This document shows positions 1 to 10,605 of a DNA stretch of 64,000 bases, piece by piece (position 1 is the first letter of the stretch; every line of letters begins with the position of its first letter). This DNA comes from an uncultured Candidatus Rokubacteria bacterium (GTDB taxonomy: Bacteria > Methylomirabilota > Methylomirabilia > Rokubacteriales > DASRDR01). The stretch covers positions 192,001-256,000 of the forward strand of contig CAVPSB010000015.1 of assembly GCA_963708025.1 (NCBI GenBank), written 5' to 3'. Both the position numbers and the translations under genes were made by a program. Below the pieces are notes generated by a model. The model made no database searches. It was not told the origin of the DNA and saw only the letters and a program-made list of their open reading frames with translations.

Positions 1-1053
1 GTCCGGGCCGGCATCCAGCCGTTCCTCAGCGACTTCCGCGGCTTCCTCTTCGCCGACAACGAGCTGGGCGTCCGGTTCCTCGGCAACTACTTCGCGAACC
101 GCCTCCAGTACAACGTGGCCTACTTCCACATGCTGGAGAAGGACACCAACAGCGGGTTGAACCGGCTGACCGCCCGGGACCAGAACGTCGTCATCGCCAA
201 CCTCTACCGCCAGGACTTCATCTGGCCCGGCTACACCGCCCAGCTCAGCTTCCACTACAACAACGACAGAAGAGCACCCAGTTCGACGACAACGGCTTCA
301 TCGTCCGACCGGCGGCCATCGGCACGATCCAGGAGCACGAGCTCGACGCCTACTACCTCGGCTGGACCGGCGACGGCCACATCGGGTGGCTGAACATCAC
401 CCACCCGTTCTACCAGGTGCTCGGCCGCGACAGCCTCAACCAGATCGCCGGCCGCTCGGTCGACATCAACGCCCAGATGTTCGCCCTCGAGCTCTCGGCG
501 GACCTCGACTGGCTGCGCCCGAAGGTCTCGTTCCTGTGGGCCTCGGGCGACCCCGATCCCCAGGACGGCACCGCCCGCGGCTTCGACACGATCTTCGACA
601 ACCCGAACTTCGCCGGCGGGCCGTTCAGCTTCTGTCCGCCAGGGGATCGCGCTGACCGGCGCCCGGTGAACCTGGTCAATCGGAACAGCCTGGTGCCCGA
701 CCTCCGCTCCAGCAAGGAGCAGGGGCAGGCGAACTTCGTCAACCCCGGCCTGTTCCTCTTCAACGTGGGCGTCGACGCCGCGGTCACCCCGAAGCTCAAG
801 GCCCTGTTCAACGTCAACTACCTCCGCTTCCAGGATACCGAGCTCGCTCCGGGTGCTCCTCTTCCAGAACAAGATCCGCGACGACATCGGCTGGGACCTC
901 AGCCTCGGGATCCAGTACCGGCCGTTCCTGAACGACAACATGATCGTCACGGCCGGCTTCGCGGGATTCATCCCCGGCGACGGGTTCAAGGACATCTACC
1001 AGAAGGACGACCTGCTCTACTCGGCGTTCGCCACCTTTACCGTCACGTACTGA
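1..1053 (+). CDS. Outer-membrane beta-barrel protein (alginate-export/porin-like), 5'-truncated by window edge, frameshifted
   Basis: Joined frames give amphipathic beta-strand-like segments (QMFALELSADL, LFLFNVGVDAAV, WDLSLGIQYRP) and a C-terminal YSAFATFTVTY with a terminal aromatic residue (beta-signal-like). TGA at 1051-1053. Confidence 0.7.
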
Positions 1054-1158
1054 GAGACCGTGAGGGGACCGACCCCGACCGCGGGCGAGGGATGACCCAA
1101 GGGGGGGACCCGGGGGAGGAGCGCGCAGCGCCCCCCCGGCCCGACTGAGAGGAGCGCC

Positions 1159-4100
1159 ATGCTCAGCGCAGCGACTCGAGGTGGTCTGGGCCGCGCCGCC
1201 CTCGGCTGGGGGCTCTCGGCTGTACTCGTGGCATTCGTCATCGTCGCCTGTGCCCGGGCGCCGCGAGCGCCGTGCCGGTCGCCGAGATGGCGACCAAGGC
1301 CGGCGACCTGAAGAAGCAGACGGAGCAGGACGTGGCCAAGAAGAGCGCCGGCTGCCTGACCTGCCACACCCAGACCGACTCGCAGACCATGCACGAGTCG
1401 CGACGGTGAGCTCGGCTGCATCGACTGCCACGGCGGCGACGCCGGACCGACGGCGCCGGCCGGCACGAAGGCCGGGGACGCCACCTACGAGGCGCAGAAG
1501 AAGGCGGCGCACGTGCTGCCGCACGACACCCATCTCTTCGCGCACCTCGGCGAACCCCGAGCGCTCGGCCACCGCCTGGCTGAAGGAGCGCGGAGTTCGT
1601 CCGGTTCGTGAACCCCGGCGATCTGCGGGTGGCCCGGGTGACGTGCGGCCTCACCGGCTGCCACCCCACCGAGGTGGCGGCGGTCGAGAAGAGCATGATG
1701 ACCCACGGCGGCCATGCTGTGGGGCGCCGCGCTCTACAACAACGGCGCGTTCCCGATCAAGCATGCCGCGGTTCGGCGAGAGCTACGGACCCGACGGCAC
1801 GCCCCAGCGCGCTGCAGACCGTCCCGCCGCCGACCCCCGAGGAGATCGTCAAGAAGGGCGTGCTGCCCTTTCTCGACCCGCTGCCGCGCTTCGAGGTCGG
1901 CCAGCCGGGCAACATCCTGCGCGTCTTCGAGCGCGGCCAGCGCAAGCCCCTCGAGATCGGCCTCCCGATCGTCGACGAGGACCCGGCCGGCCGGCCAACC
2001 GGCTGAGCCACCGCGGGCTCGGCACCCTCAACCGCACCGACCCGGTCTTCCTCAGCCTGCAGAAGACGCGCCTGCTCGACCCGATCCTCTCGCTTCCTCG
2101 GCACCAACGACCACCCCGGCGACTACCGCTCGAGCGGCTGCACGCGCCTGCCACGTGGTCTACGCCAACGACCGCGATCGCCGGTCCACTCCGGCCCGTA
2201 CGCCGCAGTTCGGCAACCTGGGCCGGACGCCAGCGACCGATCCGACCATCCCGCAAGGACGAGTCCGGGCACCCGATCAAGCACACGTTCACGAACGCGA
2301 TCCCCACCAGCCAGTGCATCGTCTGCCACATCCACCCGGGCACCAACGTGTGACACGACGCTACCTCGGCTACACCTGGTGGGACAACGAGACCGACGGC
2401 GAGCGTGATGTACCCGGCCAAGGAGCGCAGCAGCTCACGCGCCGAGCAGGTCGCACGAGATCCGAGCGGCCAACCCCGAGGGCGCCGCCGCTGCGCGGGC
2501 TGTGGTCGGACGTCGACTTCCTCGCACAACGTGACGCGACCTCAACCCGCAAGCTCACGCGCACCCAGTTCGCCGACTTCCACGGCCACGGCTGGATCTT
2601 CCGCGCCGTCTACAAGCAGGACCGCAAGGGCAACCTGCTCGACGCCAAGGACGACAGGTCGTCGCCCCCGACGATCCCGACCAGCTTCAAGAAGGCCGTG
2701 CACCTGAAGGACATCCACCTCGAGAAGGGGATGCACTGCGTCGACTGCCACTTCGAGCAGGACGTGCACGGCAACGGCAAGCTCTACGGCGAGACGCGCA
2801 ACGCGATCGAGATCGACTGCGTGGACTGCCACGGCACGATCGACGAGCAGGGCCACGCTGCGACGTCGGGCCCGGCGGCGCCCGCCGGGCGGCACCGACC
2901 TCTCGACCGCTGCACGACGCCGTTCGGCCAGCGCCGCTTCTACTGGCGGGGCGACACGCTGATCCAGCGCTCGATGGTCGACCAAGGAGCTCGCAGTGGG
3001 AGGTCGTGCAGGTGCTCGACACCATCGACCCGCCTCGACTGGGCCCGGCCAACCCGAAGTACAGCGAGCGGTCGCGGCTGGCCAAGACGATGCGCAAGGA
3101 CGGCACGACCTGGGGCGCCGTGCCGGCCGAGAGGGCAAGGACCTGGCGCACGCCGACGCCAAGATGACCTGCTACACCTGCCACACGTCGTGGATGACGA
3201 GCTGCTTCGGCTGCCACCTGCCGATGCAGGCCAACGAGCGCGAAGCCGCTCCTGCACAACGAGGGCGACGAGCCGCGCAACTGGACGCCGTACAACTCCC
3301 AGGTGCTGCGCGACGACGTCTTCATGCTGGCGATCGACGGCACGGTCACCGGGCAACCGGATCGCGCCGGTCCGCTCCTCGAGCGCCGTCCTCGTCGGCT
3401 CGCAGAACGCCAACCGCGAGTGGGTCTACTCGCAGCAGCAGACCGGTCTCGGCCGAGGGCTTCAGCGGCCAGGCCTTCAACACGTCACGTTCCCCACACG
3501 GTGCGCGGCCGACCGAGACGCAAGCAGTGCACCGACTGCCACGTCTCGGCAGGCGAACGACAACAACGCCTGGATGGCGCAGCTCCTGCATGCAGGGCAC
3601 GAACTTCGTCAACTTCATCGGCCGCTACGTCTACGTGGCCGAGGGCAAGGCGCGGGCTCGAGGCGGTCGTCGTCACCGAGCGGGACGAGCCGCAGGCGGT
3701 GATCGGCAGCCACCTGCACGAGCTGGCCTACCCGACGAACTACCAGCAGCACGCGGCGCGCGGCAGCCGTCCTGCAGGAGGCCTACCACCACCGGGGCCG
3801 CGACGTCTCGACTGTTCGGCCGGCGACGAGGTGCTGTCCATCCAGCTCCGCGGCGAGTACCTCTACACCGCCAACGGGCCGGGCGGCTTCCGCGTCTACG
3901 ACGTCGCCAACATCGACAACAAGGGCTTCTCCGAGCGCATCGTGACCGCGCCGGTCTCGCCGCTCGGCCAGCGGCTCTACGTGAAGACCAAGTACGCGAC
4001 CGCGGTCGCGTCGCCCACCACGCTGGCGCGTCGACCCGACGCGGGCGCAGCGGCCGGAGAACGCAGGAGCAGCCGATCCACCCGCTCTACGCGCTACCTC

Positions 4101-5075
4101 TACGTCACCGACCGGGAGGAAGGGCTCGTGTCATCGGCATCCGCCGTCGAACCGCCGGCGCACGCTGCTCGACGGCGATCCGAACAACAACTTCCTCGAA
4201 GCGCGCCGTCGCCTTCAACCCCGACGGCGTGCTCGACGGCGCCGTCAACCTCACCATCGCCGGCACGCTACGCCTACGTCCTGCGCCAAGCGCGGCCTCG
4301 TCGTCGTCGACCTCGACGACCCGCTCCAGCCGACGGTCGTGGCCGAGGTCGGCGCGCCGGCGATCGTCGAGCCCGCGCGCCGTCGCCGTGCAGTTCCGCT
4401 ACGCCTTCGTCACCGACGGCGAGGGGCTGAAGGTCATCGACGTCACCGAGCCGACCGCGCCCCGGCCGGTGCCCGGCGCGACGGTGCCGCTCGCGGACGC
4501 GCACGGGATCTACGTCGCCCGCACCTACGCCTACGTCGCCGCCGGCGCCAAGGGCTGGTCGATCGTCGACGTCGAGCGAGCCGGAGCGCGCCGACGCTCG
4601 ACCAGATGTACAACGCCGACGGCGCGCATCAACGACGCGCGCGACGTGAAGGTCGGCATGACCAACGCCAGCGCTCTTCGCCTACGTCGCCGACGGCAAG
4701 AACGGCCTGCGCGTCGTCCAGCTCATCTCGCCGCGACGACAACGCCGAACTACACTCGGCTTCAGCCCGCGGCCGACGCCGCGGCTCATCGCCACCTACG
4801 AGACGCACGGGCCGGCGCTGGCGCTCTCCAAGGGCCTCGACCGCGACCGCGCCGTCGACGAGAGCGGCAACCAGATCGCCGTCTTCGGCCGGCGCGGCGC
4901 CCGCCCGTTCAACCGGGCCGAGATGGAGCGCCTGTACCTCCGCGACGGCAAGCTCTGGACGGTGAAGGACACGCCGCCCGGCGCGCCGCGAGAGATGAAG
5001 GGCGCGGAGCCGAAGAAGGAAGAGGAGCCCGCCCCGCAGGAGCGCCGGCCCCGCCGCGGCGCCCCCGGCGGCTAG
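1159..5075 (+). CDS. Large multiheme c-type cytochrome lipoprotein with C-terminal LVIVD-type repeats (many frameshifts)
   Basis: SD GAGGAG then ATG 1159; hydrophobic signal ending in lipobox-like IVAC. Heme motifs across frames: CLTCH, CIDCH, CGLTGCH, C(TA)CH (split by an indel), CIVCH, CVDCH, CVDCH, CYTCH, CFGCH, CTDCH. Then repeats such as [50 protein letters not shown] at 5073-5075. Confidence 0.8.
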
Positions 5076-5138
5076 ATCCATCCGGGGGGTCTCGGAAGAC
5101 CCCCCGGATTCCCCCCCTCGGTTGCGCGGGCGAAGCCC

Positions 5139-5294
5139 GTGCTCGGAGCGGCCTGGACAGGCCGCGCGGCGGGACGCATCCTGCTGAGCGACGTCATCGT
5201 GTTCAAGAAGGAAGTCGTGATCATGTTGGTGGCCGTCCTCACCCCGATCACGCTCCTGGTGTTGATCGTCGTGATACGCATGCTTCTGCGATAG
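5139..5294 (+). CDS. Possible small single-pass membrane peptide (~51 aa)
   Basis: Open frame from GTG 5139 to TAG 5292-5294 with hydrophobic stretch VVIMLVAVLTPITLLVLIVVIRMLLR. Shorter than anything in the ORF track; start uncertain. Confidence 0.35.
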   Translation: MLGAAWTGRAAGRILLSDVIVFKKEVVIMLVAVLTPITLLVLIVVIRMLLR

Positions 5295-5446
5295 GGCGAC
5301 GCTGCCGCCCGAGCCGCTCGGCGTCTCCCAACCGCCTGTTGCGACCTCGCAGCCGGGTGTTCCACTTTCGAGCGGCGGCTCCGCCGCCGCAATCCGTTCC
5401 TGGGGGAGGTCTCGGAGGGGGGCCGTCGAGGCCCCCTCCGATGGTT

Positions 5447-7631
5447 TCAGCGCGAGGAGATGTCGGTGGCCGGGAGGCCTTCGCTGCGGGGCGGGCGGGG
5501 GGCCGGGACGACCGGGGCCGGCAGGTTCGGGTCCTCGATCTGCTTCTTGAGCTGGGGAGCCCGGCGCTTGAATTCCTCGTAGACGGACTGGGCCTCGGCC
5601 GGGTCCAGCACGATCCGCGGGGTGACGAGGATCATCAGCTCCGTCTTGATCGTCCCCTCTGTCGTGGCGCCGAAGAGATAGCCGAGGATCGGGATCCGGG
5701 ACAGGAACGGGATCCCCTGCCGGACCAGCGCCTTCCGCTCCTCGATGAGCCCGCCCAGGACCAGCGACTCGTTCTCGCCCACCACGACCGACGTCTCGGC
5801 CACCCGCTTGATGAACACCGGCGACTGGGTGGCGGTGACGTCGTTCGGGCGGACGTCGGAGACCTCCTGGCGGACGTCCAGCGCCACGAAGCGGTTCTCG
5901 CTGACCCGGGGCAACACGGTCAGGAGGATGCCGGTGTCCCGGTACTCGACGGTCGTCGTGATCACCGAGGAGGGCTGGACCGCGCCGACCACGCCGGTCG
6001 TCGGCTGCTGCTGGCTCGTGAGGATGGGAACGGAGCGGCCCACGTGGATCTGGGCGCGCTTGTTCTCCACGGCGAGCACGCGCGGGCTGGAGAGCACGTT
6101 GACGCGGTTCTCGGCGGCGAACGCCTGGAGCATCCCCAGGAAGTCCTTGCTCTGGAGCACGAAGAAGAACGTCGGGGGGAGCGGCACGATCCCCGGCACC
6201 CCGGTGTCGAGGCCGCTGCTGAGCGTGACATTCTCCCCCCCGATCTTGATGCCGCCCGAGCGGAGCGCCCACTCGATGCCGAGCGAGGTCGAGTCGTCGA
6301 GCGTGAACTCCGCCACCAGGATCTCGATGAGGACGCGCCGCGGCATCCGGTCGAGCCGCTGCAGGATCGGCTGGAGGACCGCCCAGCTCGGCGGCGTGGT
6401 GGTGATCAGGAGGGTATTGGTGGCCTCGTCCGCGATCACGCGGACGTCCTCGGCCGCCAGGTCGTCGCCCTCCGGGACCACGCCCGGCGGCGGCAGTCCT
6501 CCGGGCGGCGGCCCCCCTGGCGCGGGCTCGAACGGCATGCCCGGGGGCAGGGGGCCGGGGCGCGGGGCCGGGAGCTCGGGCCCCTCCCCGCCGGCGGAAG
6601 AGCCCGGTCAGGGTGGTGGCCAGCTCCTTGGCCCTCAGGTGCTCGACGCGGTAGATGAAGACACCGCGCGAGGGGGGCGACTGGGTGTCGAGCCGGGTCA
6701 CCAGGGCCTGGATGCGCTCCAGCACGGCCGGCGGACCCACGGCCAGGATGGTGTTGGTTCGGCCGTCGGCGAGTATCACGGCCCGACCGCCGGTCGGCTC
6801 CTGGAGGGCCGGCCCCGGCGGCGCTCCCTCCAGCCCCTCGGGGGCTCGCGGTACCGGGGGCGGGAGCGCTCGGCCGGGAGCGGCCGGCCCGCCCGCGACG
6901 AGCTGGGTGATGAGCGGGGCCAGGGTGGTGGCGTCCGCGAAGCGGAGCGGGAAGATCTGAAGCTGCTCCTGGGCGGTCGGCACGTCCAGCATGCGGATCA
7001 CCGACAGGTACCGGCGGAGCTTCTCGACGGAGTCGGTGATCACCAGGATGTTGGTGTCACGGTGCACGGACACCGCCGCCTCCCGGCTGATCAGCGGCAG
7101 CAGCACCCGGACCAGCTCGCCCGCCGATCCGTAGCGGAGCGGGATCAGCTGGGTGACGATCTCCTCGGGCCGCCGGCTCGGATCCGGCTCGGACCCCACC
7201 ACGACGGGGAGCCCCTGGGCCTGGGCGGCGGCGATCCGGATGATCTTGTAGAGGTCGCCGGCGCGGACCGCGGTCAGGCCGTGGGTTTCCAGGACCGTCA
7301 GGAGCATGTCGAACAGCGCGCGGCGCGGCACCCGGCCCTGGACGGTCACCTTGCGGCGGACCTCGGGGGCCAGAACGTAGTTGAACTCGATGGCCTGGGC
7401 GACGGCGTCGAGGACGACGTCCAGGTCGGCGTCCTGGAAGTTCAGGGTCACCAACTCGTCCTCGGTGGCGAGGCGGGCCGGCGCCGGCGCCTGGGGGAAC
7501 ACCGGGGTCAGGACGGCGCCCGGCAGGGCGAGGACGGTGAGGACGGCGAGGGACCAGCGAGCCAGGCGCGCGCGCCTCGCCGGCAGCCCCTCCCGCCGAC
7601 GGCGCCGGGGGGTCGTGCACCACACACTCAT
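5447..7631 (-). CDS. gspD: Type II secretion system secretin (GspD-like), one frameshift near 6570
   Basis: N0 domain VTLNFQDADLDVVL, N-domain repeats (LIPLRYGSA, FPLRFADA, YRVEHLRA) and secretin core (VLIEILVAE, NVLSSPRVL, EYRDTGILLTVLPRV, IPFLSRIPILGYLF, ELMILVTPRIV). Confidence 0.9.
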
Positions 7632-7721
7632 CGGGGAGTCGTTCCGGACCGCGGGCCGTCACCCGGCCCGCCATCCGACCGGGGCACTCTACACTCGCCT
7701 CTCGCGGGCCGTCAAGCCACC

Positions 7722-9234
7722 GCATCGGATCAAAACTTCGGTTACCGAACGGAGGGGGCTCCATCAGAAGTTACGGTTACCAACTCCAGCCAGGAGGTGA
7801 CCGTGACGCGAGCCGGATTGCGGGAGTACGCCGCCGCGCAGCGGGAGCGCTATCTCGGCGCCCGGCGGGCCGACAAGCATCGGCTGCTGACCGAGGTGGT
7901 GACCGTCACCGGCCTGCACCGCAAGGCGGCCATCCGCCTGCTGCGGCGCCCCCCGCGCCCGCCCGGCGGCCGCCCCCGCTCGGGCCGCCCCCGCGTCTAC
8001 GGCCCCGCCGTGGCCGCCGCCGCGCAGCTCCTCTCCGAGGCCACCGGCCACATCGGCCCCCACCGCTGGCACCCCTTCCTCCCCGAGCTGCTCGATCGCC
8101 TGACCCGGAGCGGCGACCTGGTCGTCCCCCCGGAGGTCGACAAGCGCCTCCGCCAGGTCAGCCCCGCCACGCTGGCCCGCCTGCTGGCCCCGTTCCGGGC
8201 CACGCTCCCCGGGCGGGGGGCCACCACCACCCGCCCCGGGGCCTGGCTCAAGCATGAGATCCCCGTCCGCACCTTCGCCGAGTGGAGCGACGCCCAGCCC
8301 GGCTTCCTCGAACTCGACTTGGTCGCCCACTGTGGCCCGACCACGCGCGGCTTCTATCTCTGCACCCTCTGCGCCGTCGATGTCGCGACCAGCTGGGTCG
8401 AGCTCCAAGCCGTCTGGGGCAAGGGCCAGCTGCGGGTCGGCACCGCCATCCACCACGTCCGCCAGCGCCTGCCCATGCCCTTGCGCGGCCTGGACAGCGA
8501 CAACGGCTCCGAGTTCATCAATCACGACCTGTATGCCTGGTGCCAGCGCGAGGGCATCACCTTCACCCGCAGTCGTCCCTACCAGAAAAACGACAGCGCC
8601 CACGTCGAGCAGAAGAACGGCGCCATCGTCCGCCCCCTCATCGGCTATGATCGGTACGCCTCCCGCGCCGCCTATGCCCAGCTCGCCCGCGTCTACGAGC
8701 TCGCCCGGCTGCACATCAACTTCTTCCAGCCGGTCCAGAAGCTCGTGACCAAAGCGCGCCGCGGCCCGCGCGTGCATCGCGTGTACGACCGCGCCCAGAC
8801 CCCGTATCAGCGCCTGTGTGCCACGGGCGTCCTCCCGCCCCCGCGCCGGCAAGAGCTCGAGGCCGTGTATCAGCGGCTCAACCCCCTGCACCTCCGCCGG
8901 CAGCTCGAGGCCGCCCTGGATCGCCTCTGGCCCTTGGCCGTCCCGGCCCCGCCCGCGCCGGCCGCACCCCGGGAAAACGCCCCGGAAAGGGAATAGCCGG
9001 ATATGGCCTCGCGCCCAACTCGCGCTCCTACGGGCGCCCAGCGGCCCGCGCGCCTGACCCCGGGCCTGGCCAGCGGCCCCAGGCGCTCCCGGGGCGCGCC
9101 GCCCGCCCGGTCCGCCGGCACTCCCACGGCCTCACGCGCCGCCCTGGGCGGCGCCGCCACCCTGCGGCCCCGGGTAACCCTGACTTCTGATCTGACGGAT
9201 CACGGAGGGTAACCCTGACTTATGAGTGACCGCG
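7722..9234 (+). mobile_element. Insertion sequence with DDE (integrase-core) transposase and doubled subterminal inverted repeats
   Basis: Left repeats end GGTTACC at 7746 and 7781. Right repeats start GGTAACC at 9173 and 9208 (35-bp period at both ends). Possible 6-bp direct repeat GCCACC at 7716-7721 and 9235-9240. Confidence 0.75.
7803..8996 (+). CDS. DDE transposase (rve/integrase core; ISNCY-like)
   Basis: SD AGGAGG then GTG 7803. Motifs GFLELDLVAHCG, LDSDNGSEFIN, FTRSRPYQKNDSAHVEQKN. Frame intact. Confidence 0.9.
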   Translation: MTRAGLREYAAAQRERYLGARRADKHRLLTEVVTVTGLHRKAAIRLLRRPPRPPGGRPRSGRPRVYGPAVAAAAQLLSEATGHIGPHRWHPFLPELLDRLTRSGDLVVPPEVDKRLRQVSPATLARLLAPFRATLPGRGATTTRPGAWLKHEIPVRTFAEWSDAQPGFLELDLVAHCGPTTRGFYLCTLCAVDVATSWVELQAVWGKGQLRVGTAIHHVRQRLPMPLRGLDSDNGSEFINHDLYAWCQREGITFTRSRPYQKNDSAHVEQKNGAIVRPLIGYDRYASRAAYAQLARVYELARLHINFFQPVQKLVTKARRGPRVHRVYDRAQTPYQRLCATGVLPPPRRQELEAVYQRLNPLHLRRQLEAALDRLWPLAVPAPPAPAAPRENAPERE

Positions 9235-9361
9235 GCCACCACTCGCCACCGGCTGGCCGTCGTGGGCCATGACGAAACCCCTTGACCGGCTCATTCGCTG
9301 TCGCTAGGATGCTCACACCCTTGCTTGGCACTTCACCCCTGACCGTGAAGGAGTCGCGGCG

Positions 9362-10589
9362 ATGAGCAGGAGCCTCCCGGGCATCACGTCCCTCATCCTC
9401 GTTGCGGCGATGGCCGTCGTCATCGGAGCCGCCGTGCAGAGCGCGGAGGCGCAGCTGGCGATTTCGAAGGAGTTCAAGTACACCGGCACCGGCTCGTGCG
9501 CCGCCTCGAGCTGCCACGGCGCCAAGAAGCCGGCCGCCAAGCCGGGCGATCCCGACGACACCTACACCGTCTGGGCGACCAAGGACAAGCACAACAAGGC
9601 GTATACCACGCTCACCAAGAAGGAATCGGTCGCGATCGCCCAGAAGCTCAAGATCGCCAAGGCGACGGAGTCGGACAAGTGCACCGGCTGCCACGCGCTC
9701 CACATCACCAAGGAGATGCTGGCCCCGAAGGCGAAGTACGACGTCGCCGACGGGGTGAGCTGCGACTCCTGCCACGGCCCGGCCGAGAAGTGGCTCGAGG
9801 GGCACGACAAGGGCGAGAAGAACTGGCCGCACGCGAAGTCGGTGAGCATGGGGATGTACGACACCAAGGACGTGCTGAAGCGGGCCGAGCTCTGCGTCTC
9901 GTGCCACCTGTCGATCGAAGCCGAGATGGTGGCGGCCGGTCATCCGACGATGATCTTCGAGCTCGACAGCTTCAGCGCAGAACCAGCCCCCGCACTGGAA
10001 GGACCAGAAGGACTGGTTCGGCGCCCAGGCCTGGAGCACCGGTCAGGCGGTCGCCCTCCGGGAGTCGGCCCAGCAGCTCGCGACCCGGGCCAAGGGGAAC
10101 GCGCCTGAGGCGCTGATCAAGGAGAGCTTTGACCAGACCCGCGGCCACGCCATCTCGCTGCGGTCGGTCCTGGGCCAGGTGGCCGCCGACGCCGGCAAGA
10201 AGCTCGACGCCGAGATCGCCGCGATGGGCGACGGGAAGGACAAGGCCAAGGTGGCGGCCGCCGCGACCAACGTCGCCAAGCTCGGCGGCGACCTCTCCAA
10301 GCAGCTCTCGCAGACGAAGTTCAACAAGGACATCGTCTGGGCGACTCTCAAGGCGGCGGTGAGCGATCCCGAGCGGGCGACCTCGGCCGGGCTGCGCTCG
10401 GCCGAGCAGGTGGCCATGTCGGTGGACAGCCTCTTCCGCTCGGTCAACGCCGTGGCGAAGCCTCCCGAGGGGAAGGCCATCGACGCCGCGATCGGGAAGA
10501 TGTTCGACGAGCTGCCGAGCAAGCCGGCGGACTTCGACGCCAAGAAGTTCTCGGCCAACCTGCAGGCGATCGGCAAGAACATCAAGTAG
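9362..10589 (+). CDS. Periplasmic tetraheme cytochrome c (c554/c552-like N-domain plus helical C-domain), frameshift near 9985
   Basis: Signal peptide; CAASSCH, CTGCH, CDSCH, CVSCH. Continues in a second frame to TAG 10587-10589. Confidence 0.85.
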
Positions 10590-10605
10590 AGCCGCCGGCG
10601 ACGCA

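Noticed and set aside
2345-2360. TGA in the multiheme gene as selenocysteine or programmed recoding
   Set aside because: It lies in an indel-rich stretch and not at a Cys motif position; an error is the simpler explanation.
5745-8996. 1083-aa ORF as a giant transposase fusion
   Set aside because: The first ~680 codons are largely the antisense shadow of gspD; the real gene starts at GTG 7803 after AGGAGG.
9322-9345. sigma54 promoter upstream of the tetraheme gene (TTGGCAC)
   Set aside because: No GC at the -12 position with N10 spacing.
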